Positions 1-9,521 of a DNA stretch of 64,000 bases are shown in pieces. The translations under genes were made by a program, and so were the position numbers. This stretch comes from an uncultured Chloroflexia bacterium (GTDB taxonomy: Bacteria > Chloroflexota > Limnocylindria > Limnocylindrales > CSP1-4): positions 391,425-455,424 of the forward strand of contig CAWAKU010000016.1 of assembly GCA_963782715.1 (NCBI GenBank), in the 5' to 3' direction. How positions within the stretch are numbered: position 1 is the stretch's first letter; each line of letters begins with the position of its first letter. The notes under the pieces are model-generated. The model worked only from the letters and a program-made list of their open reading frames with translations. It was not told the origin of the DNA and did no database searches.

Positions 1-406
1 CGTCGTCCGCTACCTCGCCGACCGGATCGCCGTGCTCTACCTCGGGCGGATCATGGAGGTCGGCGATTCGGAGACCGTCTTCCGCGGCCCGAACCATCCG
101 TACACAGAGGCGCTGCTGTCCGCGGTCCCCAACGTGGACGGCGGCGAGCAGAAGCGGATCCTGCTCGAGGGCGAGATCCCGAGCCCGGCCAACCCGCCGT
201 CGGGCTGCGTCTTCAACACCCGCTGCCCGCGGGTCATCCGGGGCGTCTGCGAGGTCACGGAGCCGCCCCTGGTCGAGGTCGAGCCGGGCCACCTGATGTC
301 CTGCCACATCCCGATCGAGGAGCTGCGCACCCTCCAGCGCAAGGCGCCGCCGCCACGCGAGGACGCGCCCCTAGAGCTGGCCGATCCGGTCTTCGACGCC
401 GACTGA
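1..406 (+). CDS. oppF: Oligopeptide/dipeptide ABC transporter ATP-binding protein, C-terminal fragment (gene starts upstream of window)
   Basis: Translation contains the OppF/DppF C-terminal signature [12 protein letters not shown] and a CxFxxRCP cysteine motif; ORF is open to the window start. Confidence 0.8.
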   Translation, partial: VVRYLADRIAVLYLGRIMEVGDSETVFRGPNHPYTEALLSAVPNVDGGEQKRILLEGEIPSPANPPSGCVFNTRCPRVIRGVCEVTEPPLVEVEPGHLMSCHIPIEELRTLQRKAPPPREDAPLELADPVFDAD

Positions 407-421
407 CGCCCCGCCGGGCCC

Positions 422-2473
422 TTAGAGCACCATCGCGATCCGCCGCGCGTCGTAGATCGCGGCATGGATGCTCCGGCTCGCGACGGCGTCACCGATGCGG
501 AAGAGCTGGTACGCGCCGTCCGGGTTGCTGACGATCGTCTGGGCCCGCCCGCCGATGTACGCCTCGAGGTCGACCTCGCCGCCGTTCGAGGAGCGCGGGA
601 CCAGGTCCAGGTAGACCTCGTCGTTCGGCACCGTCCCGTACTCGACGATGACCTGGTCCACGACCCGCTGCGTCGTCGTCCGCGTGTAGTCGTTCCAGAG
701 GTCAACCTCGAGCCGCCGATCGGCCGTCCGCCGGACCGCCCGGAGCCGGTGGTCGGGCGTCAGCCGGACGCCGGCCGCGTACAGCGTCCCGAGATAGGCC
801 GGATAGGCGGTCCCGGTGACCTCGTGGCCGACGTGCCGGTCGGGCGTGACGATCTCGAGCGACGACCCGGCGGCGACCAGGCGCTCGGCACAGGACAGCG
901 CGTCTTCGGTCCCGTGATCGTCGAACAGCAGCACCTCGCCCCGCGTCGGAGAGACCGCCCCGCCGACGATGTCCCAGGTCGAGACGACCAGGTCCTCCCC
1001 CTCGCTCAACACGGGCACGCGCGGCCGCCCGCCCGCCGCGACGACGACGACGTCCGGCGCGAGGGCCGCCACGACATCCCCGTCGGCGACCACCCCGAAC
1101 CGCAGGTCCACCCCGAGCACCCGGCACTCCGCGACCAGCCACTCGACGATCCCGATCAGGTCGCCTCGCCGCTGCGTCGCCCGGGCGGCCAGCACGACCT
1201 GACCGCCCGGCTGGTCGGCCGCCTCCAGCACCGTCACCAGGTGCCCGCGCTCCGCAGCGACCCGCGCCGCCTCCAGCCCACCCGGCCCGGCCCCGATGAC
1301 GACGACCCGTCGCCCCGGCCCGGCCGACCGCCCGACGACGTGCGGGATGGTCTCCTCCCGCCCGGTCGCCGGGTTGTGGATGCACAGCGCCTCCATCCCG
1401 AGATACAGCCGGTTGATGCACATCGACGCCCCGACGCACGGCCGGATCCGGTCGGCTTCGCCGGCCTCGAGCTTGCGGACGATGTGCGGGTCGGCCATGT
1501 GCGCGCGGGTCATGCCGACCATGTCCACGAGGCCCTCGCTGATGGCATACCGGGCCGTCGCCAGGTCCGGGATCCGGTTGGCGTGGAAGATGGGTAGGTT
1601 CACCCGCTCGCGGAAGCGGCCGGCGAACTGGAGCGCCGGCCCGAACGGCGTGCCCAGCCCCGGGATGACGTGCGAGATCGCCTCGTCGGTCGCGATCGAG
1701 CCCTTGATGATGTTGATGAAGTCGATGGTCCCGGTGTTCGCGAGCGTCCGGGCGATCTCGATGCCGTCAGCTTCGGTCAGCCCGCCCGGCACGTCCTCGC
1801 CGCCGGTCATCCGGATGCCGACGATGAAGTCCGGCCCGACCTTCTTGCGGATCGCCTCGAGGACCTCGATGGAGAAGCGCAACCGGTTCGCCAGCGACCC
1901 GCCGTACTGATCGGAACGCTGGTTGACGAGCGGCGACCAGAACTGGTCGATGAGGTGCCCGTAGGCCTCGAGCTCGAGCCCATCGAGCCCGCCGTCCCTG
2001 CAGCGCCGCGCCGCTTCCGCGTACGACGAGACGACACGACGGATGTCGGCGAGCTCCATCGCCTTCGGGAACGACCGGTGGGCCGGCTCGCGGACCGACG
2101 ACGACGAGATCGTCGGGAGCCAGTCGCCGTCGTCCCAGACCGTTCGCCGGCCGAGATGCGTCAGCTGGACCATCGTCGCGGCACCGTGGGCATGCATCCG
2201 GTCGGCCAGCTGCTGGAAGTACGGGATGATGTCGTCGTCGCCGGCGGACAGCTGGCCGAAGATCGGCGGCGAATCGGGCGCCACGTTGGTCGAGCCGCCG
2301 AACATCGACAGGGCGATACCGCCCTTCGCCTTCTCCTCCTGGTAGAGCTGGTAGCGGAGCTTCGGCTTGGCGTCCTCCGCGTAGGCCGGCTCGTGAGCCG
2401 TGCTCATGATCCGGTTCCGGAGCGTGAGGTGCCGGAGCTGGAACGGCTGGAGCAGCGGGTCGGCCGAGGTCAT
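422..2473 (-). CDS. OYE-family FMN oxidoreductase fused to FAD/NAD(P)-binding domain (2,4-dienoyl-CoA reductase / trimethylamine dehydrogenase / N-methylproline demethylase StcD-DgcA family), paralog 1
   Basis: 683-aa protein from internal Met (MTSADPLLQPFQLRHLTLRNR). It has an N-terminal TIM-barrel OYE region, a Cys cluster (RPCVGASMCINRLYLGMEALC) and a C-terminal GxGxxG dinucleotide fold (VVVIGAGPGGLEAARVAAERGHLVTVLE). The ATG lies 11 nt downstream of the mttB stop. Confidence 0.85.
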   Translation of the reverse strand: MTSADPLLQPFQLRHLTLRNRIMSTAHEPAYAEDAKPKLRYQLYQEEKAKGGIALSMFGGSTNVAPDSPPIFGQLSAGDDDIIPYFQQLADRMHAHGAATMVQLTHLGRRTVWDDGDWLPTISSSSVREPAHRSFPKAMELADIRRVVSSYAEAARRCRDGGLDGLELEAYGHLIDQFWSPLVNQRSDQYGGSLANRLRFSIEVLEAIRKKVGPDFIVGIRMTGGEDVPGGLTEADGIEIARTLANTGTIDFINIIKGSIATDEAISHVIPGLGTPFGPALQFAGRFRERVNLPIFHANRIPDLATARYAISEGLVDMVGMTRAHMADPHIVRKLEAGEADRIRPCVGASMCINRLYLGMEALCIHNPATGREETIPHVVGRSAGPGRRVVVIGAGPGGLEAARVAAERGHLVTVLEAADQPGGQVVLAARATQRRGDLIGIVEWLVAECRVLGVDLRFGVVADGDVVAALAPDVVVVAAGGRPRVPVLSEGEDLVVSTWDIVGGAVSPTRGEVLLFDDHGTEDALSCAERLVAAGSSLEIVTPDRHVGHEVTGTAYPAYLGTLYAAGVRLTPDHRLRAVRRTADRRLEVDLWNDYTRTTTQRVVDQVIVEYGTVPNDEVYLDLVPRSSNGGEVDLEAYIGGRAQTIVSNPDGAYQLFRIGDAVASRSIHAAIYDARRIAMVL

Positions 2474-2483
2474 CGGGCGTCGG

Positions 2484-4031
2484 TCAGACGTCGGAGTCCG
2501 GGAAGCTCGCCTTGCGCCGATCCATCCACTCGACGAGCTCGTCGTGGATCGCGTCGTCGAGCGGCGGCCGCTCGTACTCGGCCAGGCGCTTCTTCCAGCG
2601 GAGGTTCGCCCGCTGGGCGGCATCGAGCCCGCCGTCGATCTCCCACTGCTCGAAGCTGTCGTTGTTCGACAGCTCGGAGCGCCAGAACGCGTTCTCGAAG
2701 TTCGCCAGCGTGTGGGGCGAACCCAGGAAGTGCTGGCCGGGACCGCCGGCGAGCATGGCGTCGAGCGCGTAGCCGTTGTCGGTGACATCCACGCCCTTGA
2801 TGTAGGCCTCGGTCATCGACGCCTGATCCTCGTCGAGCATGAACTTCTCGTAGCCGATGGCGAGACCACCTTCGAGCCAACCGGCCGTGTGCAGGTTGAA
2901 GTTGACGCCGGCCTGCATCGTCGCCATGTAGCTGATCGCGCTCTCGTAGGCGGCCTGGTAATCGGGCAGTTTGGAGGCCGTGAAGTTGCCGCCACTCCGG
3001 AACGGCACGCCGAGCCGACGTGACAGCGCCGCGAGCACGAACAGGACCAGCTGCGGCTCCGGGGTGCCGAACGTCGGAGCGCCCGACTGCATCGACATCG
3101 ACGACGCGAACGAGCCGAAGATGACCGGCGCGCCGGGCCGGACGATCTGGCAGAAGGCCATCCCGGCCAGCGCCTCGGCGAGTGTCTGGGTCGCCTGGGC
3201 GGCGACGGTCACCGGCGCCATCGCGCCGCCGAGGATGAACGGCGTGATGAGCATGATCTGGTTGTTCTCGGCGTAGGCCTTCGCCGAGCCGAGCATGTTG
3301 AAGTCCCACGACATCGGCGAGTTGGCGTTGGCCAGGCCCATGATCACGTGCTCGCGGTCCATCGCCTCGGCACCGAACACGATGCGCGCCATGTCGACCG
3401 AATCCTGGGCACGGCTCGGGTGGGTCACGGAACCCATGAACGCCCGGTCCGAGTAGCGGATGTGGCTGTAGACCATCTCGAAGTGGCGCTTGTTGACCGG
3501 CAGGTCGACCGGCTCGCACAGCGTCCCGCCGCCGTGGTGGAGCGTCCGGCTGGTGTAGGTCAGCTTCACGAAGTTGCGGAAGTCCTCGATGGTCGCGTAA
3601 CGCCGGCCGTCGTCGAGGTTGTGGATGAAGGGCGAGCCGTAGGTCGGCACGAGGACCATGTACGGGTCGCCGATGACGACGCTGCGGGCCGCGTTCCGTG
3701 CCCGCTGGGTGAAGATGCGCGGCGCGGTCGCCTGGACCAGCGCCCGGCACATGCCGCGCGGGAAGCGGACCCGCTGGCCGGTCACGTCGGCGCCGGCCCG
3801 ACGGAAGATCTCGGTCGCGTCCGGATAGTTGACGATCTCGATGCCGACCTGCTCGAGGAGGGTGTCGGCGTTGGCCTCGATCTGCTCGAGCCCCTCGGTC
3901 GAGATGACCTCGACGGGGGCGAGCGTTCGGGTCAGGTACGGAACGGTCTCCATGTGGCGTGCCAGGCGCTCGGTCTGACGCGCCGCCCGGCCACGCCGGA
4001 CGCTGGGGTGTTCGAGGTCCGGGACAGCCAT
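2484..4031 (-). CDS. MttB-superfamily (trimethylamine:corrinoid methyltransferase-like) methyltransferase, non-pyrrolysine type
   Basis: 515-aa protein of typical MttB length and composition (TLLEQVGIEI, GGGTLCEPVDL, TPFILGGAMAPVTVA). No in-frame amber codon is needed. An alternative start at Met27 (METVPYL) is possible. Confidence 0.8.
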   Translation of the reverse strand: MAVPDLEHPSVRRGRAARQTERLARHMETVPYLTRTLAPVEVISTEGLEQIEANADTLLEQVGIEIVNYPDATEIFRRAGADVTGQRVRFPRGMCRALVQATAPRIFTQRARNAARSVVIGDPYMVLVPTYGSPFIHNLDDGRRYATIEDFRNFVKLTYTSRTLHHGGGTLCEPVDLPVNKRHFEMVYSHIRYSDRAFMGSVTHPSRAQDSVDMARIVFGAEAMDREHVIMGLANANSPMSWDFNMLGSAKAYAENNQIMLITPFILGGAMAPVTVAAQATQTLAEALAGMAFCQIVRPGAPVIFGSFASSMSMQSGAPTFGTPEPQLVLFVLAALSRRLGVPFRSGGNFTASKLPDYQAAYESAISYMATMQAGVNFNLHTAGWLEGGLAIGYEKFMLDEDQASMTEAYIKGVDVTDNGYALDAMLAGGPGQHFLGSPHTLANFENAFWRSELSNNDSFEQWEIDGGLDAAQRANLRWKKRLAEYERPPLDDAIHDELVEWMDRRKASFPDSDV

Positions 4032-4112
4032 CGGGTCTCCTCGGGATGCGGGCGCCGTTCGCGCGAGGTCGTGCCGGCCCCCATGGTACGGCGACCGACG
4101 CCGGTCCCCGCA

Positions 4113-6110
4113 TCAGAGTCGGCGGGCGAGTTCGCGTCCCTCGTAGAAGGCGAGACTGGCGCGCCGCGGTGCCACCGCGTCGCCGATCTGCTGGAACGTG
4201 ATGCCGTGGGCGGTGAGATCGGTGGCGAGGGCGGTCTCGGCGACGGGCGTCTCGGCGATGACGAGCGTATCGGCCTCGATGGTCGTTTCCGCGCTGGTCG
4301 TGTTGGTCCGGAGAGTCGCCGAGCCGTTCTGCCACGACAGGAGCGCGGTCCCGGTGATGGATCGGCCGGCGGCCCGCGCATACCGGGCGCGCAGCGGACC
4401 GTCGGCCGCGCTGTGGAACAGGCCGCCGGCCACGACCGGGGCCGCTGTCACGATCGTCACCTCGTGGCCGGTCTCGGCGAGGTGAAGCGCGGTCCCCAGG
4501 CCGCGCCAGTCGTTGAGGTCGTCGAGGACCAGGACGCGACGGCCGATCCGGCCCGCCGCCGTGCCGTCAAGCACGTCGTGGATCGCGACGACGTCCTCGT
4601 CGTCCACGCCGGGGAGCCGGTCGACCATCGGCAATGCCCGCTGGAACCCGGCCCGCGCCGGCCGCGCACCGGTGGCGACGACCACCTCGTCCGCCCCGAA
4701 CGACGCGACGGCGTCCGCCGTGGCGTCCGTGCCCAGCTGGACATCGACCCCGAGCGCCGCCAGCTGCCGGGCGTGCCACGCCAGCAGGTCCGTGATCTGG
4801 CCGCGCGACGGCTGCAGACCGGCCAGCCGGAACTGCCCGCCGAGCGCGCCGCTCCGCTCCCACAGCGTGACCGCGTGCCCACGCTCCGCCGCGACTCGGG
4901 CGGCCTCCAGTCCGGCCGGTCCCCCGCCGACGACCAAGACCCGTCGCGGGTCCGCCGCCGGCTCGAACCGGTCGCCGCCCCATTCGAACTCGCGTCCCGC
5001 CGATGGATTCACGAGGCACGAGATCCAGTAGTCGCGCGAGCGTCGACCCCAGCACAGCTGGTTGCACGAGATGCACGGGCGGACGTCGTCGGCATGACCG
5101 GCCCGTGCCTTCGCGACCAGGTGCGGGTCGGCGATCTGCCCGCGCACGATGCTGACCATGTCGGCATGCCCCGCGGCGAGGACAGCCTCGGCGGCGGCGG
5201 GCGTCCGGATGTGGCTCTCGGCCTGGACCATCGCGTTGCGGACGACCGCCTTGAGCGCGGCCGCGAACGGCTCGCCCAGCCGCTCGTCGTAGAGCGACGG
5301 CGGGATGATCTGGTGGAAGTCGAAGTACGAGCCGGTGCCGCAGGTGACGTAGTCCATGAGCCGCCGCTCGTCATGCCACGCCACGACCTCACACAGATCC
5401 GCGACGGACGGCATCGCCGGCGAGCCCGGATCCGCGCTGACCGCCAGCCCGACGATGAAGTCCTCCCCGCACGCCTCACGGATGCCGCCAAGGATCGCCG
5501 CCGAGAACCGCATCCGACCGTCGAACGACCCGCCCCAATCGTCCGTCCGGCGGTTCGACCACGAGCCCCAGAACTGGTCCACGACCGCGTGGTACGCGGC
5601 GAAGACCTCGACGCCATCGAACCCGCTCGCCCGCGCCCGTCTGGCGGCCGCGACGAAGCCATCGATCAGCTCGATGATCTCGGCCTCGGTCATGGCGTGA
5701 CTGCCGTCGGCGTCGTGGTACGACGGCAGGCCCGACGGCGACCAGTTGGCAGCGAACGAGTTGTCGGCGTCGCCGTGCTGGCCGACGTGATAGAGCTGGT
5801 GGATCAGCACGACGTCCGGGTTCGCCTCGCGGCAGGCGTCGGTGACCCGCCGGAACGCCGGGATGATGGCGTCGTCGCCGGGCCGGAAGTTGCCGCGGGT
5901 CAGGACGCCGGTCCGATGGATCGGCACCGGCTCCACGACGATCATGCCGGCGCCGCCGAGCGCCCGCTCCCGGTAGTAGCCGATGTGTCGCTCGCCGGGC
6001 AGGCCGTCCTCGGCCATGTTCGCGGTATGCGCGCCGAAGGTGATCCGGCTGCGGAGCGTGCGATGTCGGAGCTGGAGCGGTTCGAAGACGTGTGGGAACG
6101 CCCCCGTCAC
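4113..6110 (-). CDS. OYE-family FMN oxidoreductase fused to FAD/NAD(P)-binding domain, paralog 2 (StcD/DgcA/FadH-like)
   Basis: 665 aa. N-terminus MTGAFPHVFEPLQLRHRTLRSRI parallels paralog 1. It has the 4Fe-4S motif CISCNQLCWGRRSRDYWISC (C-x2-C-x3-C-x11-C) and GxGxxG (VLVVGGGPAGLEAARVAAERGHAVTLWE). The start codon abuts the stop of the upstream flippase-like gene. Confidence 0.85.
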   Translation of the reverse strand: MTGAFPHVFEPLQLRHRTLRSRITFGAHTANMAEDGLPGERHIGYYRERALGGAGMIVVEPVPIHRTGVLTRGNFRPGDDAIIPAFRRVTDACREANPDVVLIHQLYHVGQHGDADNSFAANWSPSGLPSYHDADGSHAMTEAEIIELIDGFVAAARRARASGFDGVEVFAAYHAVVDQFWGSWSNRRTDDWGGSFDGRMRFSAAILGGIREACGEDFIVGLAVSADPGSPAMPSVADLCEVVAWHDERRLMDYVTCGTGSYFDFHQIIPPSLYDERLGEPFAAALKAVVRNAMVQAESHIRTPAAAEAVLAAGHADMVSIVRGQIADPHLVAKARAGHADDVRPCISCNQLCWGRRSRDYWISCLVNPSAGREFEWGGDRFEPAADPRRVLVVGGGPAGLEAARVAAERGHAVTLWERSGALGGQFRLAGLQPSRGQITDLLAWHARQLAALGVDVQLGTDATADAVASFGADEVVVATGARPARAGFQRALPMVDRLPGVDDEDVVAIHDVLDGTAAGRIGRRVLVLDDLNDWRGLGTALHLAETGHEVTIVTAAPVVAGGLFHSAADGPLRARYARAAGRSITGTALLSWQNGSATLRTNTTSAETTIEADTLVIAETPVAETALATDLTAHGITFQQIGDAVAPRRASLAFYEGRELARRL

Positions 6111-7093
6111 GCGGTGGTCTCCTGCGCCGCCGCGGCTGCCTCCCGCCGTCGACGCAGCGCCACGAGCGCGATGACCCCGCCGATCGACGTCGTCGACAGG
6201 ATGACAAGGTGGACGAGCAGACCGAGCGCGAAGGCCGAATCGCGCGGGATCCCGAGGCTGTCGGCGATGGCCACGACCGTCAGCTCGAACGTGCCGACGA
6301 ACCCCGGCCCGGCCGGGACGATCGTGACGAGTGCCACGCCGCTGGTCATCAGCGCCGCCTGGGCGATCGTGAGTGGGACACCGACCGCCTGGCCAGCGGC
6401 GATGAAGGTGGTGATCGAGGCCGTCCAGGCCACCGCGCTGAAGGCGAGCGCCACGACCACCACTCGTGGCTGGGAGGCGACGGCAAGGCCCTCACGCAAC
6501 CGGCGCGCGAGCTCGAGCAGGCGCGGCCGACGTTCGATGATCGCAGTCACGCGGGCCGCCCCAGGCAGCCGGTGAGCGGCGATCCCGAGACCCAACACGA
6601 TGACCAGCAGTGAGACGAAAGCGAGCCCAAGGAGGACCGCACTGCTCATCGCCCCACGGACGCTCAGGACCAGGACCGCGATCGCAGCGATGGCCACGAC
6701 CATGATCGTGTCCACGACGCGCTCGACGACGACGGTGCCGAGGACCGTCGTCCGGCTGACGCCCTCGCCCTCGCCGAGCGCATGGCTTCGGTAGAGCTCG
6801 CCGAGCCGGGCCGGGAGGACGTTGTTGGCGAGATAGCCGATGTACGTGTAGCCCAGGACGCGCCGATAGGCGAGCGGCGCGATCGGTGCAAGGAGAGCCC
6901 GCCAGCGCGCCGCCCGTGCCCCGATATCGATGGTCGCGGTCACCAGCATGACCGCGATCCACGCCGGCGATGCGGTCCGCAGGACCTGGAATGCCGCGTT
7001 GATGTCGACCGAATGGATGAGGACCCAGATCGCGAACAGGCTGATGGCGATCCCGAGCGTCCCGCGGAGGAGCGCGCCTCGGCTGATTCGCAT
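6107..7093 (-). CDS. Flippase-like / lysylphosphatidylglycerol-synthase-TM-region (UPF0104) integral membrane protein
   Basis: 328 aa and very hydrophobic with about 8 predicted TM segments, resembling the UPF0104 family that commonly partners GT2 enzymes. Sits 8 nt downstream of the GT2 gene on the same strand. Confidence 0.65.
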   Translation of the reverse strand: MRISRGALLRGTLGIAISLFAIWVLIHSVDINAAFQVLRTASPAWIAVMLVTATIDIGARAARWRALLAPIAPLAYRRVLGYTYIGYLANNVLPARLGELYRSHALGEGEGVSRTTVLGTVVVERVVDTIMVVAIAAIAVLVLSVRGAMSSAVLLGLAFVSLLVIVLGLGIAAHRLPGAARVTAIIERRPRLLELARRLREGLAVASQPRVVVVALAFSAVAWTASITTFIAAGQAVGVPLTIAQAALMTSGVALVTIVPAGPGFVGTFELTVVAIADSLGIPRDSAFALGLLVHLVILSTTSIGGVIALVALRRRREAAAAAQETTA

Positions 7094-7100
7094 GTGGCGG

Positions 7101-7940
7101 TCAGTCCGGCCGGTGGCGGGCGTCGAGCTTGGGCGAGCGGCGCACGCGCAGTCGATGGAGCACGTAGCGGGCGACGACGCGGAGGGTCGACAGGCCGTAC
7201 ACGACGCTCCGCCGGAAGCCGACCGAAGACGCCTCCTCGAAGTAGCGAGTGGGCACCGCGACCTCGCCGATGCGGCCAGCCATGCCCGCCGCCACGACCT
7301 GGGCGATGAGCTCCTGGTCGAACACGAAGTCGTCGGAGTTGAGCTGGTAGGGCACGGTCTCGAGCAAGTGCCGGCTGTAGGCCCGCAGGCCCGTGTGGTA
7401 CTCGGACAGATGGAGCCCGAAGGCGCGGTTCTCGAGCCCGGTCAGGAAGCGGTTGCTGACGTACTTCCAGCGGGGCATGCCGCCGGCCAGCGGGTCGCCC
7501 AGGAAGCGGCTGCCGAGCATCAGATCGCGCGAGCCGTCGGCGATCGGCGCGATGAGCGCCGGGATCCGCGTGGCGTCGTACTGGTAGTCGGGGTGGAGCA
7601 TCACGACGATCTCGGCGCCGGCCGCGAGGGCCGCGTCGTAGCACGTCTTCTGGTTGCCGCCGTAGCCCCGGTTCTGGCTGTGGATGATGACGTCGAGCCC
7701 GAGCTGGCGGGCGATCTCGACGGTCTCGTCGCGCGACACGTCGTCGACCAGGATGATCCGGCCGACCAGGTCGTGCGGGATGTCGGCATAGGTCCGCTCG
7801 AGCGTCCGGGCGGCGTTGTAGGCGGGCATCACGACGACGAGTCGCGGTGGCGCGGCCGTCGTGTCGTCGAGCGTGGGCACGCGCGAAGGGTACCGCAGCC
7901 GGCGCCCCTCCCTGCGGGGACACCGAACCGTCATCGGCAT
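7101..7940 (-). CDS. GT2-family glycosyltransferase (polyprenol-phosphate sugar transferase, Dpm1/ArnC-like)
   Basis: VVVMPAYNAARTLERT...ILVDDVSRDETVEIA...VMLHPDYQYD motifs typical of GT-A fold GT2 enzymes. The exact start is uncertain. Confidence 0.8.
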   Translation of the reverse strand: MPMTVRCPRREGRRLRYPSRVPTLDDTTAAPPRLVVVMPAYNAARTLERTYADIPHDLVGRIILVDDVSRDETVEIARQLGLDVIIHSQNRGYGGNQKTCYDAALAAGAEIVVMLHPDYQYDATRIPALIAPIADGSRDLMLGSRFLGDPLAGGMPRWKYVSNRFLTGLENRAFGLHLSEYHTGLRAYSRHLLETVPYQLNSDDFVFDQELIAQVVAAGMAGRIGEVAVPTRYFEEASSVGFRRSVVYGLSTLRVVARYVLHRLRVRRSPKLDARHRPD

Positions 7941-7984
7941 GTGAGACGATGCGGGCCGCAGCCCAGCATCGGAGACAGCGTCCC

Positions 7985-8587
7985 ATGTTCGAACGACTCT
8001 TCGGCACCAAGGAGCAGGATCCCGCGATCGCGGAGCGCATCCCGCCCGGCCAGTACAAGACCGACAAGTTCCCGGTCCTGCACTACGGCTCGGTCCCGCA
8101 CACGGACCTGGCGACCTGGGACTTCAAGGTCTGGGGCGAGGTGGACTCGCCGTTCACGCTGTCCTGGAGTCAGTTCAAGGACCTGCCACGCAAGACCGTC
8201 GAGACGGACATCCACTGCGTCACCCGCTGGTCCAAGCTCGACACCACCTGGGAAGGCGTCGCCATCCAGACCATCCTCGAGCTGGCCGGCGTCCGCCCGA
8301 GCGCGACCCACGTCGTGTCGCACGCCGAGCAGGGCTACACCGCGAACGTGCCTCTGTCCGTGCTCGACGACGACGATGTCCTTCTCGCCGACACGTTCGG
8401 CGGCGTGCCGCTCGAGCTCGAGCATGGCTACCCGCTCCGCCTGCTCATCCCGAAGCGCTACTTCTGGAAGAGCAGCAAGTGGGTCCGGGGCCTCGAGTTC
8501 CTCGACCACGACCAGCTCGGCTTCTGGGAGCGCTACGGCTACAACAACGACGCCGACCCCTGGAAGGAAGAGCGCTTCAGCGAGTAG
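7985..8587 (+). CDS. Sulfite-oxidase-like molybdopterin-binding oxidoreductase (small cytoplasmic SO-family protein)
   Basis: 200-aa protein from internal Met (MFERLFGTKEQ) with the HCVTRWS Mo-cysteine motif and YPLRLLIP...YFWKSSKWVRGLEF C-terminal region characteristic of the YedY/SO family. Confidence 0.75.
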   Translation: MFERLFGTKEQDPAIAERIPPGQYKTDKFPVLHYGSVPHTDLATWDFKVWGEVDSPFTLSWSQFKDLPRKTVETDIHCVTRWSKLDTTWEGVAIQTILELAGVRPSATHVVSHAEQGYTANVPLSVLDDDDVLLADTFGGVPLELEHGYPLRLLIPKRYFWKSSKWVRGLEFLDHDQLGFWERYGYNNDADPWKEERFSE

Positions 8588-8656
8588 GCCGCGCCGACTC
8601 AGCTCCGCCTCGGCCCTCGCCGCGACCCGGGACCTTCCCGGTCGCTCCGCCCGCCG

Positions 8657-9508
8657 TCAGCCGGCGGAGAGTCCCGTGATGAGAGTGGCGAGTCGACGCG
8701 CGTCGGCGGTCCAGCCGGCACCGAGCGACAGCGCGGTCGCCTCGTCGCCGACGGCAAACCCCCCGGCGATGATCGGCACCGCTGGAGCCTGCCTGCGGGC
8801 CGCGGCGATCATCCGTCGTGCGGCTGGAAGGTGAGCAGTGACGGCCACGCTGACGACGACGGCGAGGAGGTTGTCCGACTCGGCCATCGCGGCGACCAGC
8901 GACTCCGGCGGGGTGTCGGGGCCCAGGTTCAGGACACCGTAGCCACCACCTCGCAGGATGTCGGTGAGCATCGTCACGCCCAGACCGTGACGCTCGCCGG
9001 AGGGCATCGCGACCAGCACGGTCCCTCGCTGGCGACCCCGGCGACGAAATCTCGGACCCATGCGGCCCACGATCGAGGTGGCGACCCCGCTGGCCACATG
9101 CTCGCGCTCGATGCCGATCTCGCCGTCGCGCCACGAGGCCCCGATCGCGTGCAGGGCCGGGCCCAGGACCTCGACGTAGATGTCGGCGGGTTCCATGCCG
9201 GATGCCATCGCCGCCTCCACGACCTGCCAGCCTCCCTCGACGTCACCCGCCAGCATCCGCAGGCGAAGTCGGTCGGACCACGGCGCCGCGGGATGGCGTC
9301 TCCCGCCCGCTCGTGGTGTCGACCCGGTCCGGGCGCCACGGGTCCGCAGGTCCGCGACGTCGTGCGGATCAACCCTCCAGGTCCCACCGACCTTCTCGGC
9401 CGGCAGCATGCCGAGCCTGACGTAGCGGTAGACCGTCATGTAGTGGACGCCAAGACGATCGGCGGCCTCATGCAGGGTGATCGACTCGGGAAGGCCGGGG
9501 GAGGTCAT
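8657..9508 (-). CDS. CarH/LitR-type coenzyme-B12-dependent light-responsive transcriptional regulator (MerR/excisionase-type HTH + B12-binding domains)
   Basis: N-terminal Xis/MerR HTH (ITLHEAADRLGVHYMTVYRYVRLGMLP). Four-helix B12-binding_2 domain with the CarH signature W-x9-EH (WRDGEIGIEREH). Rossmann B12-binding domain with ExHxxG (GERHGLG) and PIIAGG. Confidence 0.85.
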   Translation of the reverse strand: MTSPGLPESITLHEAADRLGVHYMTVYRYVRLGMLPAEKVGGTWRVDPHDVADLRTRGARTGSTPRAGGRRHPAAPWSDRLRLRMLAGDVEGGWQVVEAAMASGMEPADIYVEVLGPALHAIGASWRDGEIGIEREHVASGVATSIVGRMGPRFRRRGRQRGTVLVAMPSGERHGLGVTMLTDILRGGGYGVLNLGPDTPPESLVAAMAESDNLLAVVVSVAVTAHLPAARRMIAAARRQAPAVPIIAGGFAVGDEATALSLGAGWTADARRLATLITGLSAG

Positions 9509-9521
9509 GCGTCAACCATGG

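Noticed and set aside
3348-6575. 1075-aa plus-strand ORF (and similar 600-1500-aa ORFs at 2470..4335, 6930..8834, 25575..27518 and 28746..31649)
   Set aside because: These are antisense to well-supported genes. Their translations are Arg/Pro/Gly-rich low-complexity sequence typical of stop-codon-poor frames in 70% GC DNA, with no domain signatures.
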